Source: Candidatus Aenigmatarchaeota archaeon (GTDB lineage Archaea; Aenigmatarchaeota; Aenigmatarchaeia; QMZP01; QMZT01). From it: 64,000 bases of DNA. The stretch is taken from assembly GCA_041489155.1 (NCBI GenBank), contig JBGPQP010000001.1:1-64000 (forward strand), read 5' to 3'. A model generated the notes under the pieces. That model was not told the origin of the DNA. It worked only from the letters and a program-made list of their open reading frames with translations, and ran no database searches. A program made the translations under genes and the position numbers. Every line of letters begins with the position of its first letter. The first letter of the stretch is position 1. Of the stretch, positions 28,389-38,091 are shown piece by piece.

Positions 28389-30198
28389 AACTATGATAAG
28401 GGTCGGAGTCACGACGGGTCTGTATTACATCGCAAGGGCTGAGGAGCTCGCTACGTCGCTTAAGAAAATAGGCTATGCCCTCTCGAAAGGTTCAAACTCC
28501 ATCGAAATCTCCGGCGATACGCCGCATGAAATAGACTACACACTGGGCAAGGAGATACGCGCCCTCGCTGAAAAACAGGGCATCCACCTGTGTTTCCACG
28601 GCTCGCTGACGACGCCTTTCGAAATCCCCGAGCGCACGGACTGGAGGGACGCGCAGGACCACGTGTGCAAATCCATACGCTCCGCGGTTTTTTCGGGATG
28701 CAAATACGTCCTCTTCCATGCATGCCTGCATTTCTGGCTCGAGATGATAACTTACACGTCGTCGAAGCTTGAGATAGTCATGTGCGACCATCACGGCAGG
28801 TTCATTTCAGAGGTATTCTTCGAGAACAAAAAAATGAGGGACTGGTTCGCAGTGAAGATGTGGCAATACGAAAGGCAATATCCCCAGCAGATACTGAGCG
28901 AAGAGGAATTGCAGGAAGCGAGCGGGAGGGTCGGAACGGAAATACGTATATGGGAAACCGAGGAAAACAGGAGAAGGCTTTCCGAGCGCCTGAAAAAGTA
29001 CCCGATAATAATGACGCCCTACGGGCCAGAACAGGACATAAAACCCGAGGAACGCAAACGCATAGAGAACGAGGTGGTAAGGGATGTCAGCATGGAAGGA
29101 GGCAAGATGTACTCGGAAAAGTACAGGAAGTACATGGGCGAGATGGTGAGGGAAAGGATGCAGAGGGACCCGATCGGTAACAGGAGATGGAGGGTCGACA
29201 ACTGGGGCAAGCTGACTGACGCATACGATATAATGGCGCATTTCATGTTCTACAACAGAGATCCCATCTGGATCGCGATGGCTGAAATATACAAGGACGT
29301 GCTCGCTTCCTACAAGATGGACTACAGCGACGACTGGTGGGTCGACAGGGCATGGAGGCGCGCACAGGATCTGAACGACAGGGATTTCAAACAGTTCTGG
29401 TATGCCGCGATAGGGGCGAAGTTCCTTGAGGGCCACATGAGGGATGCGATGGATTTCCTGAACAGAAGGTTGATAGACGAAATTAAAAGTTCCCCGTTCC
29501 CTCCTGAGGACATCAAAAAACTGATTGACATAACCAAAAACCTGAAGATAACGATAGAGATGCCCGACGCGAGGGAGCCTAGATACGCCGGCCTGTACAT
29601 TCTCTGGCATCCGAAACAGATTTACACGGCAATAAAGACCATAAGGAAGACGATCGGGACCGACAGGCTTTTCATGACCGTCGACTGGGAGCACATCGCA
29701 GGGCACGGCGTCGATCCTTTGATTGAGAAGGACTACCTGAAGAAGCTTGCTCCGGACTTTGGCAAATTCGTGCTTTCGGTCCATTCCAACGCGCCAAATC
29801 CGCTGCACGCGCATTATCCGATAGAGCTTGGCGACATGGAAATTTACAGGCTCAACTGGTTCTTGCGCGAAACGGGTTTCGGCAAGCAGAATTTCGACGT
29901 TTACCTCTGGTTCGAGCGCGGAGGCGGCGACGACCCTTTCAAGCAGTCGGTCGATACGCTGAAACTCTGCGCGAAATTCCTGGAGAAAGACGTCCCTCCA
30001 GACCATCTGCCCGAGGAATATTTCGGCATAAAGATGACGGGCATGGATTACTGGAGGCAGGAACAGATAATGAGGGACCACAGGTTCGAGCCGCTGAAAG
30101 ACCTCATGGAAGTGCCTGAAGAAGAATGGGGCCTGCTGTCGAGCTCGGCGACAAAGAAAGGCAAGGCAAAGGAATTCAAGAAAGCCGAAATGAGGTAG
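28372..30198 (+). CDS. Xylose isomerase/AP-endonuclease-2-like TIM-barrel metalloprotein with large insertion
   Basis: IEISG, FHGS, LFHA, ITIEMP, TVDWEH, SVHSN, HAHYP, WFERG at strand ends. Confidence 0.7.
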   Translation: MARDRETMIRVGVTTGLYYIARAEELATSLKKIGYALSKGSNSIEISGDTPHEIDYTLGKEIRALAEKQGIHLCFHGSLTTPFEIPERTDWRDAQDHVCKSIRSAVFSGCKYVLFHACLHFWLEMITYTSSKLEIVMCDHHGRFISEVFFENKKMRDWFAVKMWQYERQYPQQILSEEELQEASGRVGTEIRIWETEENRRRLSERLKKYPIIMTPYGPEQDIKPEERKRIENEVVRDVSMEGGKMYSEKYRKYMGEMVRERMQRDPIGNRRWRVDNWGKLTDAYDIMAHFMFYNRDPIWIAMAEIYKDVLASYKMDYSDDWWVDRAWRRAQDLNDRDFKQFWYAAIGAKFLEGHMRDAMDFLNRRLIDEIKSSPFPPEDIKKLIDITKNLKITIEMPDAREPRYAGLYILWHPKQIYTAIKTIRKTIGTDRLFMTVDWEHIAGHGVDPLIEKDYLKKLAPDFGKFVLSVHSNAPNPLHAHYPIELGDMEIYRLNWFLRETGFGKQNFDVYLWFERGGGDDPFKQSVDTLKLCAKFLEKDVPPDHLPEEYFGIKMTGMDYWRQEQIMRDHRFEPLKDLMEVPEEEWGLLSSSATKKGKAKEFKKAEMR

Positions 30199-30283
30199 AG
30201 GCGCTGCTAATTTTGAAAATTAGACACAAAACCAATGGAAGTAAATAAAAAGATGGAAAAAACGAAAATCGAGGTTCTCGGCT

Positions 30284-31081
30284 TTATTCGGCCGCGCACT
30301 CGACCCATGTGCTGTTGAAGAAGGGTTCGACAAAGCTCTTTATCGCATGCTGAGACTGCGCCCAGAATGCAATATCTTGCGTCTGGTGGACCTTGGTGTC
30401 GTCGGTAAGGGCGAAGACCACATGCTTGTCGTCGATGGTGTATATCCTGTTCAGCGGTTTCTTTACGTGCTTCATCTCGGCGATTTCCGAGAAAGCCTTT
30501 ACCGGAACAGTCTCGCTCATGGGTGCAAGTATCCTGAGTTTGATGCCTCTCTTGGTGATTCTCTTGAGCGAATTGTAGTGGCTAGAATACAGCTCGTTGA
30601 GGCCGCTTTCCGTGGTTATTATCCTTATCTCCTTCGTTGCCTTCTTGAAAAGCGAGCCAAGGTGCTGGTTTATGGAATGCCTTCCCTTGAGAGTCCCTGT
30701 CATTTCGAACGGCTGGACCAGATTCATTCCCTGTTTGTATATCGCCTCAAGCTCGTTTATGACCGGAGAAGTTTTCATGGTCTCGATTCTCTCAACCATT
30801 TCGTCATGCTTTATCTTGAGATTCTCCTTTGTCCTCTCCAGAGCGTCTCTCGGGGCAAGAGCGACGTATTTTATCGGTTTTGACGGCTGCACGACAACGA
30901 AGCCCTTTTCGGCTAAGGATTCTAGAATGTCGTAGGACCTCGATCTCGGCACGTTCGCTATCTGTGAAAGCTCTCCTGCACTCGCTACTCCTCTTGCTAG
31001 CAAAGCCACGAAGATTTTCCTCTCATACAGGTTCAAACCAATGCTCTTCAGCGCATCCAGGGTTTTTATTGTTGCTACCAT
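30284..31081 (-). CDS. TrmB family transcriptional regulator
   Basis: IGLNLYERKIF, VPRSRSYDILESLAEKGF. Confidence 0.92.
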   Translation of the reverse strand: MVATIKTLDALKSIGLNLYERKIFVALLARGVASAGELSQIANVPRSRSYDILESLAEKGFVVVQPSKPIKYVALAPRDALERTKENLKIKHDEMVERIETMKTSPVINELEAIYKQGMNLVQPFEMTGTLKGRHSINQHLGSLFKKATKEIRIITTESGLNELYSSHYNSLKRITKRGIKLRILAPMSETVPVKAFSEIAEMKHVKKPLNRIYTIDDKHVVFALTDDTKVHQTQDIAFWAQSQHAIKSFVEPFFNSTWVECAAE

Positions 31082-31228
31082 TTTTTTCACCTAACTGATA
31101 GTTAATTATGCCTTTTTGTTTATATAAACATTTTCTTATACTTTTAATTGAGGCGAAAGCTTTATATATGTTTATTACTTCTCAGTGAATATATTTAAAA
31201 GGCATTTGTTCCATAAATTTCGCTATAT

Positions 31229-32947
31229 TCAGGTTTTCCTGCCCCTCTGCTGGCGGTAAAGGCCTTCTATGCGCTTCGCGTCATCCGCGTCCTCGGCCGC
31301 CTTCTCGACCCTTATCCTCAGAAGCCGCGGGAAGCGCAAGGCAAAGCCCGAAGAATACGTGGGCGACTTCTGTATCTCTTCGTAGGCGACTTCTACGACG
31401 ATTTTCGGCCTTACCTTGATCTCGTTCCCCTTCTCGGAAATTATGTAAGGCTTCAGCTGTTTTGTGATCTCATCGAAGGTTATGTCGCCTTCATCCGTCT
31501 TCTTCTCCTTTATGCCGGTCCCCATCATGCCGCATTCGGCGAAGCCGTCGCCTTTTCTGCATGAAAGTATGAATGTCCCGAACCAGCTCGTTCTCTTGCC
31601 GGTCCCCCACTCCGCGCCGGTTATCACAAGGTCGAGCGTCTCCATTATCGGCTTTACCTTGAGCCAGTAGCCGACCCTGCGACCCGGTTGGTAGGATGCG
31701 TCGAGGTTCTTGACCATAACGCCTTCCTGCTTCGCTTTCAGCGCGCGCTCATAGAACTTTTCAGCTTCTTTCAGGTCCTTAGTCGCGAGTTTCTCGGCAA
31801 GCTGGAACTTGCCGGGTATTGACTTTATCACGCCTTCCAGGAGTTTCCTGCGTTTTTCCAGCGGCTCGTCAAAAAGATCTCTGCCATCAAGATAAACGAT
31901 ATCAAAAAGATTCACTTGTACCGGGATTTCTTTGGCCATCTGCTCTATATGGTATTTCCTTTTTATCCGCTGTGAAAGTATCTGGAAAGGCAGTGGGTCG
32001 CCGCTCCTCGGGTTCGTGCCGAGCATCTCGCCCTCGATTATGCACTCTCTCGCTTTGATGCCCTTTCTGGCGAGATCGAGCAGATCGGGGAACTGCTTTG
32101 TCACGTTTTCCAGTCTTCGCGTATAAAACCAGAATTGGTCGCCTTTCTTATGCATGCAAACACGTGCGCCGTCGTATTTGAATTCGACAAGCGGGCGTTC
32201 AAAGGTCTCAAGCGCTTCCCTGAGGTCCTTCGCTTTTTCAGCGAGCAGGACCTGGTAAGGCTTTCCAATCTCGACAGTCACATTCTCCAGGCCGCGAAGG
32301 CCGCGTTCCTTGGCGATTTGAGCGATTTCAGCGTAATCTGGCCGCAGAAACCATGCCCATTCGATGGCGCTGATAATTTTCTTCTTCTCCTCCGGGTCTT
32401 TCACATCGAAGAAAGCAGAAGCGATCGAATCGCGCAGCACGCCTTCCGCAACGCCGACCCTGAGCTGTTCAAGGACAGTTCGCACGATATACTTCGCTTC
32501 CTTCGGTTTCGCAAATGATATAAGCTCCTTGACAAGCGATATTTTCGATTCCTGCGATCCCTTGCCCCCAATGGACGCGAGCTTCCGCAGGTTCTCGAAA
32601 ACTTTGCCGACTTCAAGTTCCCTTGCCACGAGGCTTCTCTGTTTTTTCGATGCCATCAGCTTCTCGACTGCAAAGCCTAAATCTCCCGTCCTGTTGAATT
32701 CGCTGACCACGTCTTTTTCGGCAAAGCCCGTCGCCGATGTTATCACCTTTATCATCACCTTGTCGGCGACACCCATCTCTTTTTCAGAGTAACTTGGAAA
32801 AACCTTTCCCTGGATAAGCAGCGTTATCTTGTCAAGCGAATCCGAATCTGCGGCTTTCAGGAAAGTGGCGATGCCCTCGATTTTTTTCAGGCGCGACGAC
32901 GTCTGTTCGAGATAATCGTAAAGCTCAACGAGCTTGGAATATTTCAT
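31229..32947 (-). CDS. lig: ATP-dependent DNA ligase
   Basis: EFKYDGAR, IIEGE, EGVMVK, WLKVK, ALRFPR. Confidence 0.97.
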   Translation of the reverse strand: MKYSKLVELYDYLEQTSSRLKKIEGIATFLKAADSDSLDKITLLIQGKVFPSYSEKEMGVADKVMIKVITSATGFAEKDVVSEFNRTGDLGFAVEKLMASKKQRSLVARELEVGKVFENLRKLASIGGKGSQESKISLVKELISFAKPKEAKYIVRTVLEQLRVGVAEGVLRDSIASAFFDVKDPEEKKKIISAIEWAWFLRPDYAEIAQIAKERGLRGLENVTVEIGKPYQVLLAEKAKDLREALETFERPLVEFKYDGARVCMHKKGDQFWFYTRRLENVTKQFPDLLDLARKGIKARECIIEGEMLGTNPRSGDPLPFQILSQRIKRKYHIEQMAKEIPVQVNLFDIVYLDGRDLFDEPLEKRRKLLEGVIKSIPGKFQLAEKLATKDLKEAEKFYERALKAKQEGVMVKNLDASYQPGRRVGYWLKVKPIMETLDLVITGAEWGTGKRTSWFGTFILSCRKGDGFAECGMMGTGIKEKKTDEGDITFDEITKQLKPYIISEKGNEIKVRPKIVVEVAYEEIQKSPTYSSGFALRFPRLLRIRVEKAAEDADDAKRIEGLYRQQRGRKT

Positions 32948-33057
32948 GATAAAATATTGTCTTCCCGATTTTAATTAAAACATCGCTATTTCTTGGGTCA
33001 GTATCTATTTAAAAAAATTGTCACGAACAGTTATTATTAACTTTCAGAGGTGATGAA

Positions 33058-33318
33058 GTGTCAAAAAGCACTAGCTATTTGAGGATAAATGCCCAGTCTA
33101 TACCCAAATTCCAGTTGCCTTGGCATAATTATGGGAACGATATGTTTAAGCCAGAATACTCGGAAAAAAAACTTTTGGAACTTTTAAAAGAAGCCAATCC
33201 CGATGTTAATATTAAAAAATTGAAATTAGGTTCAGATAATAAAGGAACTTTTGTGGAAGTGGTTTATAAAGGACAAACGATACAGGTCCCGGAAAATTTA
33301 AAGAAATGTTTCGAATGA
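33058..33318 (+). CDS. Small hypothetical protein (AT-rich)
   Basis: GAGGTGA RBS; 86-aa ORF; no motif recognised. Confidence 0.5.
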   Translation: MSKSTSYLRINAQSIPKFQLPWHNYGNDMFKPEYSEKKLLELLKEANPDVNIKKLKLGSDNKGTFVEVVYKGQTIQVPENLKKCFE

Positions 33319-33358
33319 AATAAAACTCCAATTTAATTAAACTCCTCATATTATTTAT

Positions 33359-34552
33359 ATGAGGGGGCAGTTTTATTCTATCATAGCGATATTTGTCACC
33401 ATACCTATCGTCTTCTTCATATCGCTCTACGTCGCCTCGCAAGGAGGCGAGAGCGGCGTCTACGAGAAAATAGTCTCCGACCAGATACATCAGGTGGAGA
33501 GGAGCGTGGAAAACGACTTCGGCAAAGCAATCGTTACTTCGGGGAAGAGGGCGATGATAGCTGGGGACGATTACGTCGTGATGAACGGCCAGCCCATGAG
33601 CAATGCTGTGAGCGGCATGAAAGAGCTTATGGAGAACGGGACGATCTACGGCAATGAAAGCATGCTCATGGTAAACAACACTATATCAAACTGGATCGCG
33701 AAAATTATCGCGGTTGCCGTGAACTTCGACGTCAACATAAGCTATTCTGGCCTACAGATTTCGGGCAATAACTCATTCAACCTGAAAGCGTCGGCAAACA
33801 TAAACGTGTCCGTTGCCGACGACCTCGGAATCGCGAGGGTGGACAGACTAAACCAGTATTACGAAGCCCTTGTTCCAATCGAGGGGGCGGAAGATCCTGT
33901 ATTCTCTCTCAAGACGAACGGCGTAATAACGAGGTCGATAAAGATATCGCCTTACCCCTACAGGGCGAAAAGGCTCGTCACTGGCGGCTTGAATTCGACC
34001 GGCAATTGCACCGGCAATGTCACTTTCAACAAGACGGACTGCACTTCCAAGATACTTGTTGCGGAAAACATTTCTGGCATCAGTTTCGGCTGCTTTTCCG
34101 GCTTCATTATAGAGGAATCGGCCAACCTTACCGCCAGTTCAGACTGTTTTGTGACCGGCAATTCCACTGCGTTCGAAAGCATGACGCAGGCCATTGCCAA
34201 CACAGGATATGCAAGAATTTATCTCGATGGCAGCACGAAATCGGCGTGGCATCTTCCGATACGGGAAGAAATAGACAACAAATATTATTTCACGGGGAAT
34301 GGACCGGATTTCCTAAAAAGGCTCGAAGGCGATTTGAACGCGACAACAGATGGCATTGAGACAATAGTGAATCTCCCGGAACTGGAAAGTTATGGAATTC
34401 CGATAGACGACAACGTCATCTCCGTGGATTATATATATTTCGGGAACCAAGACTATATTGGGTATCCCGTTAGGGGTTTGCAGGGCTGGCTCAGGCTAAA
34501 CAGGACTTTTGCTGACAGGTACGGCCTGACAGAATTGTGCGAAGGATGTTGA
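33359..34552 (+). CDS. Class III signal peptide protein (minor pilin-like)
   Basis: MRG/QFYSIIAIF then hydrophobic helix; many sequons; upstream of pilus ATPase. Confidence 0.75.
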   Translation: MRGQFYSIIAIFVTIPIVFFISLYVASQGGESGVYEKIVSDQIHQVERSVENDFGKAIVTSGKRAMIAGDDYVVMNGQPMSNAVSGMKELMENGTIYGNESMLMVNNTISNWIAKIIAVAVNFDVNISYSGLQISGNNSFNLKASANINVSVADDLGIARVDRLNQYYEALVPIEGAEDPVFSLKTNGVITRSIKISPYPYRAKRLVTGGLNSTGNCTGNVTFNKTDCTSKILVAENISGISFGCFSGFIIEESANLTASSDCFVTGNSTAFESMTQAIANTGYARIYLDGSTKSAWHLPIREEIDNKYYFTGNGPDFLKRLEGDLNATTDGIETIVNLPELESYGIPIDDNVISVDYIYFGNQDYIGYPVRGLQGWLRLNRTFADRYGLTELCEGC

Positions 34553-34554
34553 TT

Positions 34555-35334
34555 ATGGACGAGGAATATGTAGAGCTGGAAGGAGCGAAGGATGATGAAA
34601 AAAAGAAGCCTGCAAAAAGAATGAAACAGCAACCCCAAGCCGAAAAATCAGATGCTGTTAAAGAAGCATTCGAACCACCCAAGCCAGCCAAACCGGTCAA
34701 AGCGGAAACGGCCAAAACCATGAAGAAACTGCCCGAGGAGCAAAAAGAGGAGGGTCCGGAAAAACCAACAGAAGTGGAAGAAACCAAAAAACCGAAGCCC
34801 AAGAGCAAACCAGCAAAACCCAGAGAAGTAAAGGCTGAAAAAATAATGGATCATGTCGAAACCGATGTTGATAAGCTTTACGAGCTAGTCAGGGATAAAG
34901 GCATACTGAAGGTGAAGGAAGCATCCAAAATACTGGGCATCGACATGGATCAAGTCGAGGAATGGAGCAGAATCCTCGAGGAACACAAGCTGGTCAGGCT
35001 CCGCTATCCACCGGTAGGCGAGCCGGTTCTGATACTCAAAAGATTCACCACCGATTCAGAAAAATTACAGAAGCTGAAAGGCGGCAAGAAGCTCAAACCG
35101 AGAAGAAGGGTCTTCATAATAAACATAATTATTCTTGTCTTTTTCCTTGCAGTCATTGCCATATTCAGTGTCAGAATTCCCACAATAAGGATAACTTATA
35201 TCCAAGCTTATTTAGCCGTTGGAGCAATAATTATCATAGGAGCCGTGTTTGTTTTCAGGGTTGTGAGAGGTAGAAAAAATGCAGGCAAAAAAGATGCAAA
35301 ATCCGAAGAAAAGTCAGGAGAAAAAGCCGACTGA
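34555..35334 (+). CDS. Membrane protein: K/E/P-rich disordered region, wHTH-like domain, 2 TM
   Basis: ETDVDKLYELV...VEEWSRILEEHKLVRLRYP; two TM helices. Confidence 0.7.
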   Translation: MDEEYVELEGAKDDEKKKPAKRMKQQPQAEKSDAVKEAFEPPKPAKPVKAETAKTMKKLPEEQKEEGPEKPTEVEETKKPKPKSKPAKPREVKAEKIMDHVETDVDKLYELVRDKGILKVKEASKILGIDMDQVEEWSRILEEHKLVRLRYPPVGEPVLILKRFTTDSEKLQKLKGGKKLKPRRRVFIINIIILVFFLAVIAIFSVRIPTIRITYIQAYLAVGAIIIIGAVFVFRVVRGRKNAGKKDAKSEEKSGEKAD

Positions 35335-36832
35335 TAGCAAAGAAAAAGGTATGGATGTTCTGGAGAATTATAATATAGAATACCAGAATGTCATCGCCAT
35401 AGTAAGGATTTATCACGACCAGAACGAATACGTGCCTATTTATGAAATAAAATATCCGAAAATAGAGGAGGCCACCTGGGCGATACTTGACTCAATAAGG
35501 GAAAAGATAGTCACCGAGCTTGCCTTCAGAACTGACGACATACTGAGCCCGGAAGAAACCGGTGACGTAAGAAAAAAATTCGTGCAGAAGGCAACCAACC
35601 TCGTTGAATCTGAATTGCCCAATCTGGCAAAAAACGACGTCGACATACTTGTAGGAATTCTATCGCAGGAATCGCTCGGGCTGGGACCAATCGAGTTCAT
35701 GCTTAAAGACAACAGCCTTGAAGAAATAGTGATAAACAACGCAAAAGAACCGATATGGGTTTACCACAGGACCTATGGCTGGCTGAAAACGAATGTCAAA
35801 CTCAACGACGAGACAAAAATCTACAACTACGCCGCGCAGATAGGCAGGAAAGTTGGGACTCAGATAACCAACCTGAACCCGCTCATGGACGCTTATCTGA
35901 CGACGGGCGACAGGGCAAACGCCACGCTTTTCCCGATTTCATCAAAGGGCAACACGCTGACCATAAGGAAATTCGCTAGGAGGCCATGGACCATAACTGA
36001 TTTCATAGAAACCAAGACCATTTCACCTGAAGTCGCCGCTTTCCTCTGGCTTGCGATACAGTTCGAAATGAACATCGTCTGCACGGGCGGAACGGCTTCC
36101 GGCAAAACGTCTTTCCTCAACGTCCTGTGCATGTTCATACCTCCGACGCAGAGGATAATATCGATAGAGGACACTAGGGAAATCCAGCTCCCGCCGTTCC
36201 TTCACTGGCTGCCGCTCACGACAAGGCCGCCCAACATAGAGGGCAGGGGAGAGGTCACGATGCTGCAACTCATGATAAACGCACTTCGCATGAGGCCGGA
36301 CAGGATGATAGTCGGGGAGATACGACGCTCGAAAGAGGCCGAGGTCCTCTTTGAAGCGATAAACACGGGCCACTCGGTGTATTCAACGCTCCACGCGAAC
36401 ACCGCGGAAGAAACTCTGAAGAGGCTTATTAACCCGCCCATCAACATCCCCTTGTCTTTGCTGACCTCGCTCCAGCTCATAGCGGTGATGCACAGGGACA
36501 GGAGAAAGAATATAAGAAGGGTTCTGGAGGTCACCGAACTCATACCATCCGGCGGGATCGACGAGATGAAAATCGAACTGAACAACGTTTTCAGGTGGGT
36601 GCCATCGAAGGACCAGATGATAGAATGGGGCAAATCCAACAGGGTGTGGAACGACATAAAATTGTTCTCGGGCATGGAGGACAACGAAATAAAGAAGAAT
36701 CTCGAGGAAAAAAAGAGCGTACTTCTCTGGATGGTGAAAAACAAGATAAACACGATAGACAAAGTAGGAAGGATAATATCGGACTACTATAAAGATCCTG
36801 AAAGCGTGCTAAAAATGGTAAGAAAGGCGTAG
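35279..36832 (+). CDS. Type IV pilus/secretion ATPase (TadA/VirB11 family)
   Basis: TIRKF, GGTASGKTS, SIEDTREI, LRMRPDRMIVGEIR, TGH...TLHA. Confidence 0.94.
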   Translation: MQAKKMQNPKKSQEKKPTDSKEKGMDVLENYNIEYQNVIAIVRIYHDQNEYVPIYEIKYPKIEEATWAILDSIREKIVTELAFRTDDILSPEETGDVRKKFVQKATNLVESELPNLAKNDVDILVGILSQESLGLGPIEFMLKDNSLEEIVINNAKEPIWVYHRTYGWLKTNVKLNDETKIYNYAAQIGRKVGTQITNLNPLMDAYLTTGDRANATLFPISSKGNTLTIRKFARRPWTITDFIETKTISPEVAAFLWLAIQFEMNIVCTGGTASGKTSFLNVLCMFIPPTQRIISIEDTREIQLPPFLHWLPLTTRPPNIEGRGEVTMLQLMINALRMRPDRMIVGEIRRSKEAEVLFEAINTGHSVYSTLHANTAEETLKRLINPPINIPLSLLTSLQLIAVMHRDRRKNIRRVLEVTELIPSGGIDEMKIELNNVFRWVPSKDQMIEWGKSNRVWNDIKLFSGMEDNEIKKNLEEKKSVLLWMVKNKINTIDKVGRIISDYYKDPESVLKMVRKA

Positions 36833-36837
36833 CGGAT

Positions 36838-37419
36838 TTATCTTTGCATCTGCGTTTTCTCGAACTTCGGAACGAACACCCTGTACTTGTCCTTGTCTTC
36901 CATTTCTTCCAGTATCCTCTTTATTATCATCTTTTCCGGGTCCGGCAGCATGCTGACCCGCTTTTTCAGGTCATCGAAGCTTTCAAAGGACTTCTCCTTT
37001 CTCGCGGAAAGGATTTCCCAGAGATGTTTCTTGCCTATGCCCGGCAGAAGCTCAAGCTGGTGCAGTCTTGTAGTAATCGGTCCGGCCTTGTTGAAGAACT
37101 CAAGGAACTTCTGCTGGTTCACCTTCACTATGCCTTCTACGATGTCCGTGACCTCATCCTTGGCTGCAGTTGTCAGGTCCTTGAAGTCTATTCTTCTTTT
37201 TATGAATTTGACCTCATCCCTTTTGCCGTCGCCTATGTAAACCCGTGAACCGACCTTAAGGTAAACGCCGTCCCTCACTATTACCTCGAGCAGTGAGAAA
37301 TACGCCTCCCCCATTACCTGCGAAACCGGCTGGGAGATGCGCATGCCGTAATATCCGTGAGGCAGGTAGTCCAAAACTATCGCCCACTCGTCCTTTTTGA
37401 TTTCTTTATGTTGAAGCAT
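36838..37419 (-). CDS. DUF655 putative RNA-binding protein
   Basis: VLDYLPHG, RLHQLELLPGIGKK; conserved position after rpoF. Confidence 0.92.
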   Translation of the reverse strand: MLQHKEIKKDEWAIVLDYLPHGYYGMRISQPVSQVMGEAYFSLLEVIVRDGVYLKVGSRVYIGDGKRDEVKFIKRRIDFKDLTTAAKDEVTDIVEGIVKVNQQKFLEFFNKAGPITTRLHQLELLPGIGKKHLWEILSARKEKSFESFDDLKKRVSMLPDPEKMIIKRILEEMEDKDKYRVFVPKFEKTQMQR

Positions 37420-37468
37420 AACCCACCTATCTTGTTTTAATAAGATTAAAACAGGGATTTATAAAACG

Positions 37469-37795
37469 CTATTTGTTGTCCTTGACTATCTTCAGTATTT
37501 TCCTCTTGTCGTCATCGTTGAGAACTAGTCTTTCGTTCGCAAACAATACCCTCAGGTCGTTCTGGTTCTCTGGAAGGAAATTGATGATGCTTACAATGTG
37601 CCTTTCCTTGAGTTTCTCTATCGCTTTCAAGTCCTCTACCATCTTCTCGTATTTCTTCTCCGGAAGCTTGCAGAATTTTCTAAGGTGTTCCAGCGCATTC
37701 TTCTGCTCATAAACAAGTTCCCTGGTCTTTTCCTTTTCCGAGAGGATTTTCTTCGCCTCGGCCCAGCTCACGACTTTTTCATCCTTAACGTTCAT
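37469..37795 (-). CDS. rpoF: RNA polymerase subunit Rpo4 (F)
   Basis: YEQKNALEHLRKF, INFLPENQNDLRVL; rpl21e-rpoF-DUF655 synteny. Confidence 0.9.
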   Translation of the reverse strand: MNVKDEKVVSWAEAKKILSEKEKTRELVYEQKNALEHLRKFCKLPEKKYEKMVEDLKAIEKLKERHIVSIINFLPENQNDLRVLFANERLVLNDDDKRKILKIVKDNK

Positions 37796-37803
37796 GGAAT
37801 CAC

Positions 37804-38091
37804 CTATTTCTTAAGCACCAGATGCTCGGGCCTTGATATGACTTCCTTGTTTTTGTTGCCGACCCTGATGACTACTATATATGCGTCCCCTCTTCTTTCC
37901 TTGACCTTGCCAGCAAGACCCTTGAATTTGGGAAAGGGCATTCCTTTGTGTGACGAGGGGTCCGGTTTTATGACTACCATATCGTGCGGCTTGAATTCCT
38001 TTAGATATGGGGTTACCTTGAACTTGTGCCTCAATTCTCTCTTAAGCTTCCTTCTTGTCGATCTCCTAAAGCCTTTTGTTGCTCTTACCAT
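37804..38091 (-). CDS. rpl21e: 50S ribosomal protein L21e (in frame with upstream pus10)
   Basis: MVRATKGFRRSTR, HKGMPFPKFKG, RPEHL. Confidence 0.93.
   Translation of the reverse strand: MVRATKGFRRSTRRKLKRELRHKFKVTPYLKEFKPHDMVVIKPDPSSHKGMPFPKFKGLAGKVKERRGDAYIVVIRVGNKNKEVISRPEHLVLKK

Noticed and set aside
28807..30081. 424-aa antisense ORF
   Set aside because: Shadow of the TIM-barrel gene; such shadows occur throughout the window.
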